A program made the position numbers and the translations under genes. The notes under the pieces are model-generated. The model saw only the letters and a program-made list of their open reading frames with translations, was not told the DNA's origin and ran no database searches. From a bacterium (lineage in GTDB: Bacteria; Cyanobacteriota; Vampirovibrionia; Gastranaerophilales; JBAXKC01), in contig JBAXKC010000001.1 of assembly GCA_037137535.1 (NCBI GenBank), positions 160,001 to 224,000 on the forward strand: a DNA stretch of 64,000 nt, read 5' to 3'. Positions 49,067 through 58,632 of the stretch are shown piece after piece (within the stretch, counting starts at the first letter, position 1; each line of letters opens with the position of its first letter).

Positions 49067-50476
49067 TTATCCTTCTATTTGTTCTGATTGCTCTGTAACA
49101 CATCCCCTGTTATACCAACAACCAAGAATTGCGATGATTGCCCAGAAGAATATATTACCTGACCTATCATAAAATGCATTACTGGCGGAATTTTGAACAA
49201 GAGTAATTACCGCTATAAGACAGGTAGCTGTTGCGATAATTCTAATATGAGGAGAATTCTCATTATTTTTTTCAAAAAGAATTAAAATTCCTTTAATAAC
49301 AATAAGCAATAAAGTTAAAATAAGTAAAAATAAACCAATCAGACCAAGGTTGTACCATGTTTCAAGATAAACATTATGAGGCGCATAAGATTCACCTAAA
49401 GGCATTACGACCTTTAAATAATTTCTTGCGGATTCAACTCCCTGCCCTAAAAAGATATTTCCATGCAAAATCATATTATATAAATTTCTCCAAATATTAA
49501 AACGCCAATTCAATGACGAATTATCGGAAAAACGTTGAACAATAAGACTTAAAGAGCCTGTAGCAATTAAAAAGCCCATTATTGCAGTTCCTAAAACAGA
49601 TAAACCTGCTAAAATCTGTAATCTGGTTTTCCAGCTAAGGAATAAGCTCATGAATAAAAATGCTAAGCCTGCATTGATATACGAAGTTTTACTAAACGTA
49701 GCCAATAGTGCAACCATATTAAAACCGATTGTAAAAATCCAATAAGTTTTTTCCTGTGCTTTAACCTTAAAAAGATACATAAATAAAGCAAAAGCAATAA
49801 AAAGAGAAACAGCAAAACCATAGTCATTAAAATTAAAGAAAGTGCCTCTAATTCTATAGACTCCTTCCATTACAATTCCGCCTTTTTTGGTAATAAGCTG
49901 TAAAACACCTGTTAAAGCAATAAAGTTGAAGATATAACTTAAATATTTTGATATTTTATCAAGATTTGCAGAATTAATTTGAGCATAATTATAAATTGAT
50001 AAAATTGTAAAAATAGCGAAATAACTTCTACCAAACTCTTTAATTACATCCATAATAATTTGATCGGGACGAAATATATTTAAAAGAATAAGAATGCTGT
50101 ATGCTGCTAATGTCCATAAATATGGCGAAAATTCGGCAACTTTTTTAAAATATTTGCCTATAAGCCATATTGTCGAAGGAAGTGCTAAAAGATACAGTCC
50201 GCCTGTTACAAGAACCTTATCATCTGTAGAAAGCAGTCTTGTTAAAGGATATAGAAATAATGCACTAAATAAAATAAAGGTCGGCTTATTATAAATAAAG
50301 GGTGTGACAATAATCCCTAATAGCCCGCCGATACTAAGAATTAAGCCTTTTACCCCTAAAAGACCTATAGCCAATAAGGATAAAAGAGCATATCCCGCTA
50401 TAAGCAAATATCTAAAGCGGGCCTTTCCATTATTATAAACTGTTGAAATTTCCATTTTTTTCTCCCAGTAAGTCAA
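49067..50476 (-). CDS. O-antigen ligase/Wzy-like polymerase
   Basis: YRIRGTF, TFSKT, SLNWRFNIW, APHNVYLE; polytopic. Confidence 0.85.
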   Translation of the reverse strand: MTYWEKKMEISTVYNNGKARFRYLLIAGYALLSLLAIGLLGVKGLILSIGGLLGIIVTPFIYNKPTFILFSALFLYPLTRLLSTDDKVLVTGGLYLLALPSTIWLIGKYFKKVAEFSPYLWTLAAYSILILLNIFRPDQIIMDVIKEFGRSYFAIFTILSIYNYAQINSANLDKISKYLSYIFNFIALTGVLQLITKKGGIVMEGVYRIRGTFFNFNDYGFAVSLFIAFALFMYLFKVKAQEKTYWIFTIGFNMVALLATFSKTSYINAGLAFLFMSLFLSWKTRLQILAGLSVLGTAIMGFLIATGSLSLIVQRFSDNSSLNWRFNIWRNLYNMILHGNIFLGQGVESARNYLKVVMPLGESYAPHNVYLETWYNLGLIGLFLLILTLLLIVIKGILILFEKNNENSPHIRIIATATCLIAVITLVQNSASNAFYDRSGNIFFWAIIAILGCWYNRGCVTEQSEQIEG

Positions 50477-50481
50477 ATGTC

Positions 50482-50514
50482 AGCAAAGAGCAGGAATTAA
50501 TCCCACTCTTTGCT
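50482..50514 (-). terminator. Intra-operon hairpin
   Basis: AGCAAAGAG...CTCTTTGCT. Confidence 0.5.
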
Positions 50515-50529
50515 AATTCTTAAATTAGA

Positions 50530-52722
50530 TTATTTTACTGTTTCAGCTTCCTCGTCATTACTTGGCATCATTGCTGATACAATTTGTTTAAGATATTGAT
50601 TAGAGCTTACAGCTTCTTCTTCCTGCTTTTCACGACTTATAATTCCGAATACAGGTGTTTTATAGTCATTAAGCATTTTAGCCACTTTTTTTATAGTTGA
50701 TTTAGTTGTTTCAATACCGGTCATAAGAATTAAACCGTCATAAGCGGCACTTGCGGTAATACAATCAGGAACCGCAGCAACAGGAGGCATATCAATAAGA
50801 ACCCAATCATATGTTTTACTAAGGTGTTTAATAAGCCCTGAAAATGCAGGTGAATGTAAAAATTCACTAGGTTCTGATACGTTTCCGCCATTTGTAATTA
50901 TATGAAGCTTCTCCGACTGACCTGATTTTTGAATATAATTAACTACATTACTCCACTCATAAGTTCCCATTGAATGAAGAGATCTTGTTGACTCCATAAG
51001 AAGCTCTCTAAGATTATTTTTATGTGAATTTATAACGCTGGCTTCTTTATGAAGAGAAGGTGTTCTGAAATCAGCATCAACAATAATTACATTTTGTCCT
51101 GACTTACTTAAGGCTTTTGCCACATTCATAAGAATTGTAGATCTTACTTTAGAATAATCAGTTGAAGTAAAGGCAATAGACTTAACTCCCGATCTATAGC
51201 CTCTTATTTTCATGGCTGAAAGCAATTTTTGATATGCAAGAGAATAAAATGAAGCGCTTTCTTCTATAGAAATATTTGTGCCTGATTCACCATAAAGCTG
51301 TTTATCAAGCCATGGAATAATTCCAAGAATAGGAGCATTAACATCTTTTTCAATGTCTTCGGCTTCTTCATAAGTGTCTTTTATTAAGTATGAAATTATA
51401 CCGTTAGCAACTCCCAATAAAGAACCTAACATTGCAAACATGAATACCAATGGAAATCTTCCAGGAAATTCAGGAGCTAAAGGCATTATTGCAGATTCTA
51501 TAAGGTTTGTATGGGCTTTAACTTCAGAAAGTCTAATATCTGACTCAATTTCTTTTTCTTTAAGTATATTAACAATATGTGACCAGTTTTCTTCTTCTTG
51601 AGTTAATTGAGCATAAGTGAACTGCTTTTGAGGAATTAACTTGCTTTTTCTTTTTAATGAAGCTAAAGCAGCTTTTAATCGACCACTTTCAGCTCTATAA
51701 CCACTAGAGCTTGCACTGCTGTCAGCAAAAGACTGCATTAAATTTGTTCTTACAGGATCAGCAATAACATTTTTAACTTCGCTTGATTTCCCTGTATTAA
51801 GTTTTACCTGTTCTGTAATATCAGCCTGCATTTGTCCCAACTGAGCATCAATTTGTTCTATTTTAGGATTTGTAATAGAATATCTTGCTCCAAGACTGGC
51901 TCTTTCTTCCTTAGAAAGATTATATTTTCCAATAAGTTCGGTAAAATTAGGATTACTGCCTAAAGCAACAGCATCTACTGACTTTTTCCATGGCATTCCT
52001 ATTCTACCTGAGAGAGAGCCTGCTTTGCCTGATTCTCTACTGGCACTTGAAGCAACTTCATAGAATTTATTTTCAAGGTCGCTCATCTGCGTAACAAGTG
52101 AGGTTGACTCAGCATTTATATCAACTGATGAATTTTTAATTTTAAATAATCTTATTTGTTGTCTTACATTTGCAAGATGGTTTTCTGCATTATCAAGCTT
52201 AACTTTAATAGTATTCTTAGTATTCATTAAACCTTGTCTTGCATTATTAAGATTAAAATTAATATAATTTGAAGCGTAGCTTTGAGCAATATCTCTAGCT
52301 ATCTCAGGGTTTTTCCATTTTGCTGAAATAGCAACAACATCGGTCCCCGGAGGACTTTGAGTCTTTAATGCCGCTTTCATTATCTCAGGGCCATTTTCAG
52401 CTTTAATATTTAACTTATATTTTGCATTTACTTCATTCCATACCTGTTGAGCAAGGTCATTAGAATTTATAATTTCAAGTTGTGTTAAAACAGGGTTAGA
52501 AAATTTACTTCCGTAATTTGTCGCTTTAGGATTTGAGCCTTCTGATATTGTAATTTGATCATCATCTGTAATCATAAGTTTTGCAGTTGATGAAAAAGAT
52601 GGCTTATAAATTAATCCTGAATAAATAATCCCTGCCGCAAGACCTAATGCGGTAAAAGTAAATATTGTTTTAGAATTATTTCTCAGCAGTCCAGTTAATT
52701 TATTTATACTTAAGTTTTCCAC
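50530..52722 (-). CDS. Wzc/GumC-like polysaccharide co-polymerase with degenerate kinase domain
   Basis: Two TMs flanking a coiled periplasmic region; PILGIIP, IIVDADFRTPSLH, YDWVLIDMPP. Confidence 0.88.
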   Translation of the reverse strand: MENLSINKLTGLLRNNSKTIFTFTALGLAAGIIYSGLIYKPSFSSTAKLMITDDDQITISEGSNPKATNYGSKFSNPVLTQLEIINSNDLAQQVWNEVNAKYKLNIKAENGPEIMKAALKTQSPPGTDVVAISAKWKNPEIARDIAQSYASNYINFNLNNARQGLMNTKNTIKVKLDNAENHLANVRQQIRLFKIKNSSVDINAESTSLVTQMSDLENKFYEVASSASRESGKAGSLSGRIGMPWKKSVDAVALGSNPNFTELIGKYNLSKEERASLGARYSITNPKIEQIDAQLGQMQADITEQVKLNTGKSSEVKNVIADPVRTNLMQSFADSSASSSGYRAESGRLKAALASLKRKSKLIPQKQFTYAQLTQEEENWSHIVNILKEKEIESDIRLSEVKAHTNLIESAIMPLAPEFPGRFPLVFMFAMLGSLLGVANGIISYLIKDTYEEAEDIEKDVNAPILGIIPWLDKQLYGESGTNISIEESASFYSLAYQKLLSAMKIRGYRSGVKSIAFTSTDYSKVRSTILMNVAKALSKSGQNVIIVDADFRTPSLHKEASVINSHKNNLRELLMESTRSLHSMGTYEWSNVVNYIQKSGQSEKLHIITNGGNVSEPSEFLHSPAFSGLIKHLSKTYDWVLIDMPPVAAVPDCITASAAYDGLILMTGIETTKSTIKKVAKMLNDYKTPVFGIISREKQEEEAVSSNQYLKQIVSAMMPSNDEEAETVK

Positions 52723-52769
52723 TATTAAAACTCCCTTTATGTCTAGTAACTAATTATGGAAATTCAGCT

Positions 52770-53942
52770 TTATCTGAAATTTTTATATCTTCTGGTCGGA
52801 TCAAATACGTCAAACCATGTATTTGTGGTATCTGATGCTCTTCTTACAGGCTCTATAATGTCAGAAATAAATCTTGTCACTCTAGCTATAGAAGAAACAT
52901 TCATATCACTTACAAGAATGGTATCGTTAGGTCTTAGAACAATGTCATTTTTTTGCGGATTTACAAATATTTTTGAAATATTACCACTTGAAGTTGTTCT
53001 TTGAACTAAAACGGTTTTTCTATTTGCATCAGGAGAAAATCCTTCAGAAAAAGCTAACGCTGAATTTATACCTGGGCTATTTGATTTAATATTATAAACA
53101 CCGGGTCTGAATACAGCCCCCATAACTCTTACAGGGAAATCAGCAGGTGCAATTGAAGAGCTTGAAATAAGTAAAAAGTCTTTATCGTTTATTTGAGCAC
53201 CTGAAGTTAATTCAGGCACATAAACACTATCTCCTGAACTTAAATAAATATCTTGTGAAGAGTCGCCCCCTTCTATCATTTTCATTAAATCAACAGACTC
53301 TTCTCGTCCTGTTTCATTATTGGTAATTTTTATATTTCTTAAATCTGCATTTAATTTAATTCCTCCAACATTTGCAATAACACTTGCTACTGTTGGCTCT
53401 GCTGTTTGCCTGAACTCGGTTGCCGTCTTATTTGGACCATTATCAGGCTCATATAAACCCGGTTTTTGCACAGCTCCTGTTATATAAATTTTTGCAGCAT
53501 GCATATTGTTTAACTTTAATGAAACTTTAGGTTTTACAAGATAATCACCCAATTTCTCTTTAAGAAGCTGAGTTAAATCTTCTACGCTATAACCCGCTAC
53601 AGCCATTTCACCAAATGGATCAATACTCGCAAAACCATCAGGTCTGACAAGTATGTCAGGCTGATTAAAATCAGGCTCACCATATACAGAAACAGCTAAA
53701 TTATCACCAGGTGCAATTAAATAACGGGTATTTAATATTTTAACTTTGGCATTTATTGTTCTGCTCGGCCTAATCGTTACATTAGGATTCTGTAAAAGAT
53801 TCATCTGGTCGGACATAAGTTCACTAGCCGCTACTACTGATTTAGCAGCACTTTTTGCTGAAACATCTACAGCCTGTACTTGATTTACGCTCATAAACAG
53901 AGCAAAAATCAAAGCTGAAGCTACAATAGTTTTTTTTGTCAT
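52770..53942 (-). CDS. Polysaccharide export protein (Wza/OPX, SLBB domains)
   Basis: YLIAPGD, VRPDG, GAVQKPGLY, GAVFRPGVY, LRPNDTI. Confidence 0.9.
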   Translation of the reverse strand: MTKKTIVASALIFALFMSVNQVQAVDVSAKSAAKSVVAASELMSDQMNLLQNPNVTIRPSRTINAKVKILNTRYLIAPGDNLAVSVYGEPDFNQPDILVRPDGFASIDPFGEMAVAGYSVEDLTQLLKEKLGDYLVKPKVSLKLNNMHAAKIYITGAVQKPGLYEPDNGPNKTATEFRQTAEPTVASVIANVGGIKLNADLRNIKITNNETGREESVDLMKMIEGGDSSQDIYLSSGDSVYVPELTSGAQINDKDFLLISSSSIAPADFPVRVMGAVFRPGVYNIKSNSPGINSALAFSEGFSPDANRKTVLVQRTTSSGNISKIFVNPQKNDIVLRPNDTILVSDMNVSSIARVTRFISDIIEPVRRASDTTNTWFDVFDPTRRYKNFR

Positions 53943-53997
53943 TAACTCTTCTCCTATATTCCCTCAATAAGTAGGTCATTATTTTATTATTTGTTTG

Positions 53998-54738
53998 TCA
54001 CGAAGCACCTTTACCGAAAAATACAACCGGAATTGTTTTTAATAGAATTTTGAAATCGAGTAAAATACTCCATTCTTCTATATATTTATAATCAAGCTCC
54101 ACCACTTTATTAAAATTGGTTATATCTGAGCGACCGCTAACCTGCCACATGCCTGTCAAGCCTGGAACAGTTGCAAATCTTAAATAACACCATTTGTCAT
54201 ACAACTCGACTTCTGAAGGCAATGGAGGTCTTGGCCCGACTAAACTCATTTCGCCTTTTAAAACATTAAATAATTGAGGAAGTTCATCAAGACTGTGCTT
54301 TCTAAGCAACCTGCCTATCCTTGTAACCCTCGGATCTTCTTTTAATTTAAACATCTTGTCGTTAGTCTGATTTTGCCCTTTTAATTTCTCGAGATCGGCT
54401 TCAGCATTTATTTTCATGCTTCTAAATTTATACATGTAAAAATCTTGACCGTATAATCCGACTCTTTTTTGTTTAAAAAATACAGGTCCTTGAGAATCGA
54501 GCTTGATTAATATAGCAATCAATATTAAAATCGGAGAAATCAATAAAATACCGAATCCTGTTCCTGCATAATCAATAAATTTCTTAATTGACCATTGCAT
54601 AGGTTTTCTGTATTGAAGATTAAAATTTCTTGAAAGAAGAAATCCTTCTCTCATCAGTTTTTTATTTTCAATTGTTTTAGCATGAGTAAAAACTTTATCT
54701 TCGTGCCTAACAATAGTTTTCACCTCTTCGTAAGCCAT
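53998..54738 (-). CDS. Priming sugar transferase (bacterial sugar transferase family)
   Basis: MYKFRSM, DPRVTRIG, SLDELPQLFNVLKGEMSLVGPRP, PGLTGMWQVSGRS. Confidence 0.95.
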   Translation of the reverse strand: MAYEEVKTIVRHEDKVFTHAKTIENKKLMREGFLLSRNFNLQYRKPMQWSIKKFIDYAGTGFGILLISPILILIAILIKLDSQGPVFFKQKRVGLYGQDFYMYKFRSMKINAEADLEKLKGQNQTNDKMFKLKEDPRVTRIGRLLRKHSLDELPQLFNVLKGEMSLVGPRPPLPSEVELYDKWCYLRFATVPGLTGMWQVSGRSDITNFNKVVELDYKYIEEWSILLDFKILLKTIPVVFFGKGAS

Positions 54739-54915
54739 ACACGCCTCCGAAATAACTTATCTTTAAGTAAATTCAAGCCTTAAATAAAAATTCAAGGTTG
54801 CCATCTACATAAATATTGATAAAATTCACATATATGTTTATTCCACAAATGGATAATCAAATTGTCTAATCAATGCATAGCCTGTAATAAAATTTTTAGG
54901 ATAAAATTATAAATT

Positions 54916-56220
54916 ATGACTGTTATTAATGAACGAAAAGCCGCTTTAGAGGTTTTAACAAAATATTTCAATAAAGCATGCTCTTTTGACAACGAATTAG
55001 AAAATTATTCGACAAAAGTGCTAAATAAAGCTGAATTTAGAGCTTTAAGCAATGGAACTGTCAAATATAAACTTCTTCTGGATTTCTATATTTCAAAACT
55101 AATTAAAATCAACGCAAAAACAAATCCCTACGCTATTAATGTTTTAAGACTGGGAATATACGAGCTTATTTTTACTAAAAATCCACCTTATGCCGTTATA
55201 AACTCTTATGTAGAAATAATGAAAACCTGTAAAAAAGAGTTATCCTCTTTTATAAATGCGGTCTTACGCAACTTTACACGAAAAAAAGAAGAATTAGACA
55301 AAATTATAAACAAAATGCCTTTACTGGAAAAAACAAGTATTTTACACTCTCACCCCGAATTTATGGTGAAAGAGTGGCTAGAAACCTATGGAGAAGAAGA
55401 AACAGTTAAAATTTGCAGCTATAATAACTCTGCTCCTAAAATCTCATTAAGAATTAACTCTTTAAAAACCGATTTAAACACTTTCACAAAAACACTTTCA
55501 GAAAATAATATTAATTTCTCTTTTAGCAAAGTCAAAAATATCATTATTTTAGAAAATGCTTTGGATATAAGAGAAATAGCAGGATTTAAAGAAGGAACAT
55601 TCGTTGTTCAAGGTGAAGGCTCTACTCTTGTAAGCTATGTACTATCACCGGAAGAAAATGACGAAATACTTGATATGTGTGCAGCACCAGGGGGGAAAAC
55701 CTTACACATAGCAGAACTTATTAAAAACAATGGAAAAATAACCGCAGTTGATATTAGTGCTAAAAGACTTGAACGAATAAAAGAAAATGCAAACCGGCTT
55801 GATTTTGACTGTGTAAATACATTTTGCTCCGATGCAACAACATTCCAAAGCTCGCAAAAATACGACAAAATATTAGTAGATGCACCATGCTCAAATACGG
55901 GAGTTCTCTCTAAAAGAGCCGATGCTCGCTGGAATAGAACACCTGAAGATATAATTAATCTTTCAGTTTTACAACTAAAAATACTAAATAATGCTGCAAA
56001 ACATTTAAAACAAGGCGGGATTATTGTATATAGCACATGTAGCATTGAAAAAGCTGAAAATGAAGAAGTTATCTCAAACTTTTTAGAAGAGAATAAAGAT
56101 TTTAAACTTGAAGACGTTTCAGACTTTGTTTCATTTAAAACAAATAACAAAATGCTTACGCTTCTTCAATCAACTAATAATACAGATGGCTTTTTTATTG
56201 CAAAACTAAAAAAATATTAA
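54916..56220 (+). CDS. rsmB: 16S rRNA m5C967 methyltransferase
   Basis: NusB-like N-terminus, SHPEF, DMCAAPGGKT, DAPCSNTG, YSTCS, DGFF. Confidence 0.94.
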   Translation: MTVINERKAALEVLTKYFNKACSFDNELENYSTKVLNKAEFRALSNGTVKYKLLLDFYISKLIKINAKTNPYAINVLRLGIYELIFTKNPPYAVINSYVEIMKTCKKELSSFINAVLRNFTRKKEELDKIINKMPLLEKTSILHSHPEFMVKEWLETYGEEETVKICSYNNSAPKISLRINSLKTDLNTFTKTLSENNINFSFSKVKNIIILENALDIREIAGFKEGTFVVQGEGSTLVSYVLSPEENDEILDMCAAPGGKTLHIAELIKNNGKITAVDISAKRLERIKENANRLDFDCVNTFCSDATTFQSSQKYDKILVDAPCSNTGVLSKRADARWNRTPEDIINLSVLQLKILNNAAKHLKQGGIIVYSTCSIEKAENEEVISNFLEENKDFKLEDVSDFVSFKTNNKMLTLLQSTNNTDGFFIAKLKKY

Positions 56221-56569
56221 TTATGCCCAAATTAAAACAACTCCCTCAATAAAGAAAAAGTTGTTGTTATTTTTGATTTAAATTAGTACATCCATCTTAA
56301 ACGAAATTATTAAATTGTCTGATTAGTCTATATATAATAATACAAAAATGATTTTTTATTGCTTCAAATCGTAGTAGTATTACACAAATGTAACATTGAG
56401 AATTCACAGACAAAACAATAAACACAGCCCAACCTCATTCAGAGGCATTAATATATAAACAATCAAAACATGCCATCAGAAAAAACAGCTTAGTTCTATT
56501 TACTAATTACAAAATTTAGTGTATGATGGTTTTGATTTTACATCCTTTAGTACTTAAACGATATGTCTG

Positions 56570-56598
56570 ATCTAGTTTTCAAAAACTAGATTTTTTTT
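56570..56598 (+). terminator. Rho-independent terminator
   Basis: TCTAGTTTT-CA-AAAACTAGA followed by a T-run. Confidence 0.7.
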
Positions 56599-56663
56599 GC
56601 CAAAAATTCGACAAAAGTCGAATAAGGATAAAATATAACACTAAATAAAAATACAATCAACTT

Positions 56664-57317
56664 TTATCTATTTGGCTTATCAAGCTTAAAAAGCATCTTA
56701 TAAAGCGTATCTTTAAAATAAAAATCCATTATCATATATTCCTTAGCAGGACTATACGAAACTTCTATTGCAAATTTATTAAACGGTTTAGGCTTTAAAA
56801 TAGGCATAAAAGGAAACTTTAAAACTTTTTTAACTAAAAGCATTCTTTTTTGTCGTTTCGTATAATTCTTTTTAACTTCTTTTCTTGCGACAAGCTCCCT
56901 ACCTACAAATTGCTTTTTAAACACAGGTACAAGACCGATAAGCTTGCCGTTTTGCTTAAACATAACGAAGTCATAAGAATTATAATTTGATGGCTTTAAC
57001 AGATACTCACCCACCGCAAGTTTAATTGTGCGACAATTCAATACATTTGAAATCCTAATCAACGGATAAGGACTATAAATAATAGATCGATAATACTCCA
57101 TCGTTTCATCGGGATCTTCGTTATTAAGATAATTAATATCTAAAATAGGCAAATCGTCATATATTTTTTTGTATTCCTCAGGAGTAAGTGTTTTTTGAAC
57201 TTCCGGCAAAATAATTTCAGGATTATTTTTTTGTTTTGCACTTTTTGCATCACAAAATGCTCCCTGAAAAGAGAATACAATAATTAATAAGAAACAAAAT
57301 AATTTTTTTTTCGTCAT
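56664..57317 (-). CDS. Hypothetical exported protein
   Basis: Signal peptide MTKKKLFCFLLIIVFSFQGAFC. Confidence 0.75.
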   Translation of the reverse strand: MTKKKLFCFLLIIVFSFQGAFCDAKSAKQKNNPEIILPEVQKTLTPEEYKKIYDDLPILDINYLNNEDPDETMEYYRSIIYSPYPLIRISNVLNCRTIKLAVGEYLLKPSNYNSYDFVMFKQNGKLIGLVPVFKKQFVGRELVARKEVKKNYTKRQKRMLLVKKVLKFPFMPILKPKPFNKFAIEVSYSPAKEYMIMDFYFKDTLYKMLFKLDKPNR

Positions 57318-57399
57318 ATAAATTCGGCTCTGCTACTTCTATTATTATATTTTAACCCTATATCAAAAAAACACAATTAAAATAATTTTAAAAACATGC

Positions 57400-57429
57400 T
57401 TGACAACAAAACCGTGTCTTAGTTAATAT
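57400..57429 (+). promoter_or_regulatory. Promoter of tRNA cluster
   Basis: TTGACA followed 17-18 nt later by TTAATA/TAATAT. Confidence 0.55.
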
Positions 57430-57452
57430 AAATATATTCTGAAATCCACTTA

Positions 57453-57526
57453 CGGGAAGTAGCGCAGCTTGGTAGCGCACCTCGCTTGGGACGAGGGGGT
57501 CGCAGGTTCGAATCCTGTCTTCCCGA
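57453..57526 (+). tRNA. tRNA-Pro(TGG)
   Basis: Acceptor CGGGAAG/CTTCCCG; anticodon arm CCTCG-CTTGGGA-CGAGG; GGTTCGAATCC; no encoded CCA. Confidence 0.96.
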
Positions 57527-57569
57527 TATCTAAAGATCAGAATTAAACCTTGAAAATATAATAAAAAAT

Positions 57570-57642
57570 GCGGGTGTAACTCAGTTGGTAGAGTGATAGC
57601 CTTCCAAGCTATATGTCGAGAGTTCGAGCCTCTTCGCCCGCT
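57570..57642 (+). tRNA. tRNA-Gly(TCC)
   Basis: GCGGGTG/CGCCCGC; ATAGC-CTTCCAA-GCTAT; T-loop TTCGAGC. Confidence 0.95.
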
Positions 57643-57665
57643 ATTTTTATATTTTATAATATTAT

Positions 57666-57742
57666 GGCGAGTGTCGCCAAGTGGTCAAGGCATCGGTTTG
57701 TGGTACCGATATGCGTGGGTTCAACTCCCATCACTCGCCCCA
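57666..57742 (+). tRNA. tRNA-His(GTG)
   Basis: G-1, GCGAGTG/CACTCGC, TCGGT-TTGTGGT-ACCGA, C discriminator plus encoded CCA. Confidence 0.96.
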
Positions 57743-57754
57743 TATATAATTTTA

Positions 57755-57781
57755 AAAGCTCCTTGTTTAGAGGAGTTTTTT
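57755..57781 (+). terminator. Terminator after tRNA cluster
   Basis: AAAGCTCCT...AGGAGTTTTTT. Confidence 0.7.
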
Positions 57782-57897
57782 AATGTTGTTTAATATTTCA
57801 TTTTAAAATGATAATAGCATTTTAAATTTACTCTGATTTTATCAGATCACCAAAATAAAGAGATGATTAAAGGATAATTCTTAATATTGCGATAAAA

Positions 57898-58266
57898 CTA
57901 TGATTTATTCAACTTAAGTTGATTAATAATGAATAAAGCGATTCCATTAAGAGTAAACAAGACGGGCAAGTATATTACAGACCCAAATAAAAAAATAAGG
58001 CCATAAACGATAATACAATTAACGATATTTAGTTTTGCCCCAGTATCATTGAACAGCATAAGAACGGAAGCAAAAAGAAAACAACAAATAATATATATGG
58101 CTGTAACTACACTTGATAATATACTACAAACAATCATTGAATATTTTTCTTTAATTTTTTTCTTTATAATAAAAATTACAAGGGGTGAAAGTATTAATGA
58201 AACAATAAGCACCAATCCAACAAAATTAGGATTAAAAAGTGATAAAGCTAATGAGATTAAATTCAT
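57898..58266 (-). CDS. Hypothetical membrane protein (about 3 TM)
   Basis: Highly hydrophobic 122-aa ORF, AAGG RBS. Confidence 0.6.
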   Translation of the reverse strand: MNLISLALSLFNPNFVGLVLIVSLILSPLVIFIIKKKIKEKYSMIVCSILSSVVTAIYIICCFLFASVLMLFNDTGAKLNIVNCIIVYGLIFLFGSVIYLPVLFTLNGIALFIINQLKLNKS

Positions 58267-58416
58267 AAATATTTAAACCTCTTATTGGATTAATAACATA
58301 CAAGATAATTGTCATTACGAGTATACTGATTTTTTTTGAATTAAGCAACGTTGATAAGTTTCTTAGTTTTGTAGATTTCAAGCAAGCATGGCATGATTTA
58401 ATTCCAATTATTTTTT

Positions 58417-58439
58417 ATCACCGCCCCATATATAATTTT
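58417..58439 (+). repeat. Direct-repeat copy of the tRNA-His 3' end (att-like)
   Basis: CGCCCCATATATAATTTT identical at 57736-57753 and 58422-58439, with ATCAC just upstream of both. Confidence 0.75.
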
Positions 58440-58465
58440 TGATAATTTAACAGATTCTATTCACT

Positions 58466-58499
58466 TTATTTTATTGATGGGCTTAAAGCCCTACCGACT
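58466..58499 (-). repeat. REP-like palindrome, copy 1
   Basis: TTATTTTATTGATGGGCTTAAAGCCCTACCGACT; minus strand reads GTAG-GGCT...AGCCC. Confidence 0.65.
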
Positions 58500-58632
58500 G
58501 TAATCTTTTCTTAGGCTCTATTATTAGATTTAAAATTAATATTTAAGTTTATAAAAAAGAGCTAGTAATACAAATTTGCTAATGCTTTAGCTTTTTTATA
58601 AAATATTACAATAATGCTTGTAGTTTTAATCG

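Noticed and set aside
57593-57793. 66-aa ORF
   Set aside because: Overlaps tRNA-Gly and tRNA-His; spurious.
2271-58276. Antisense or alternate-frame ORFs (e.g. 2271-2699, 10299-10802, 16028-16343, 17526-17852, 20332-20664, 41005-41418, 55635-56150, 58049-58276)
   Set aside because: They overlap better-supported genes and have no motifs; treated as shadow ORFs.
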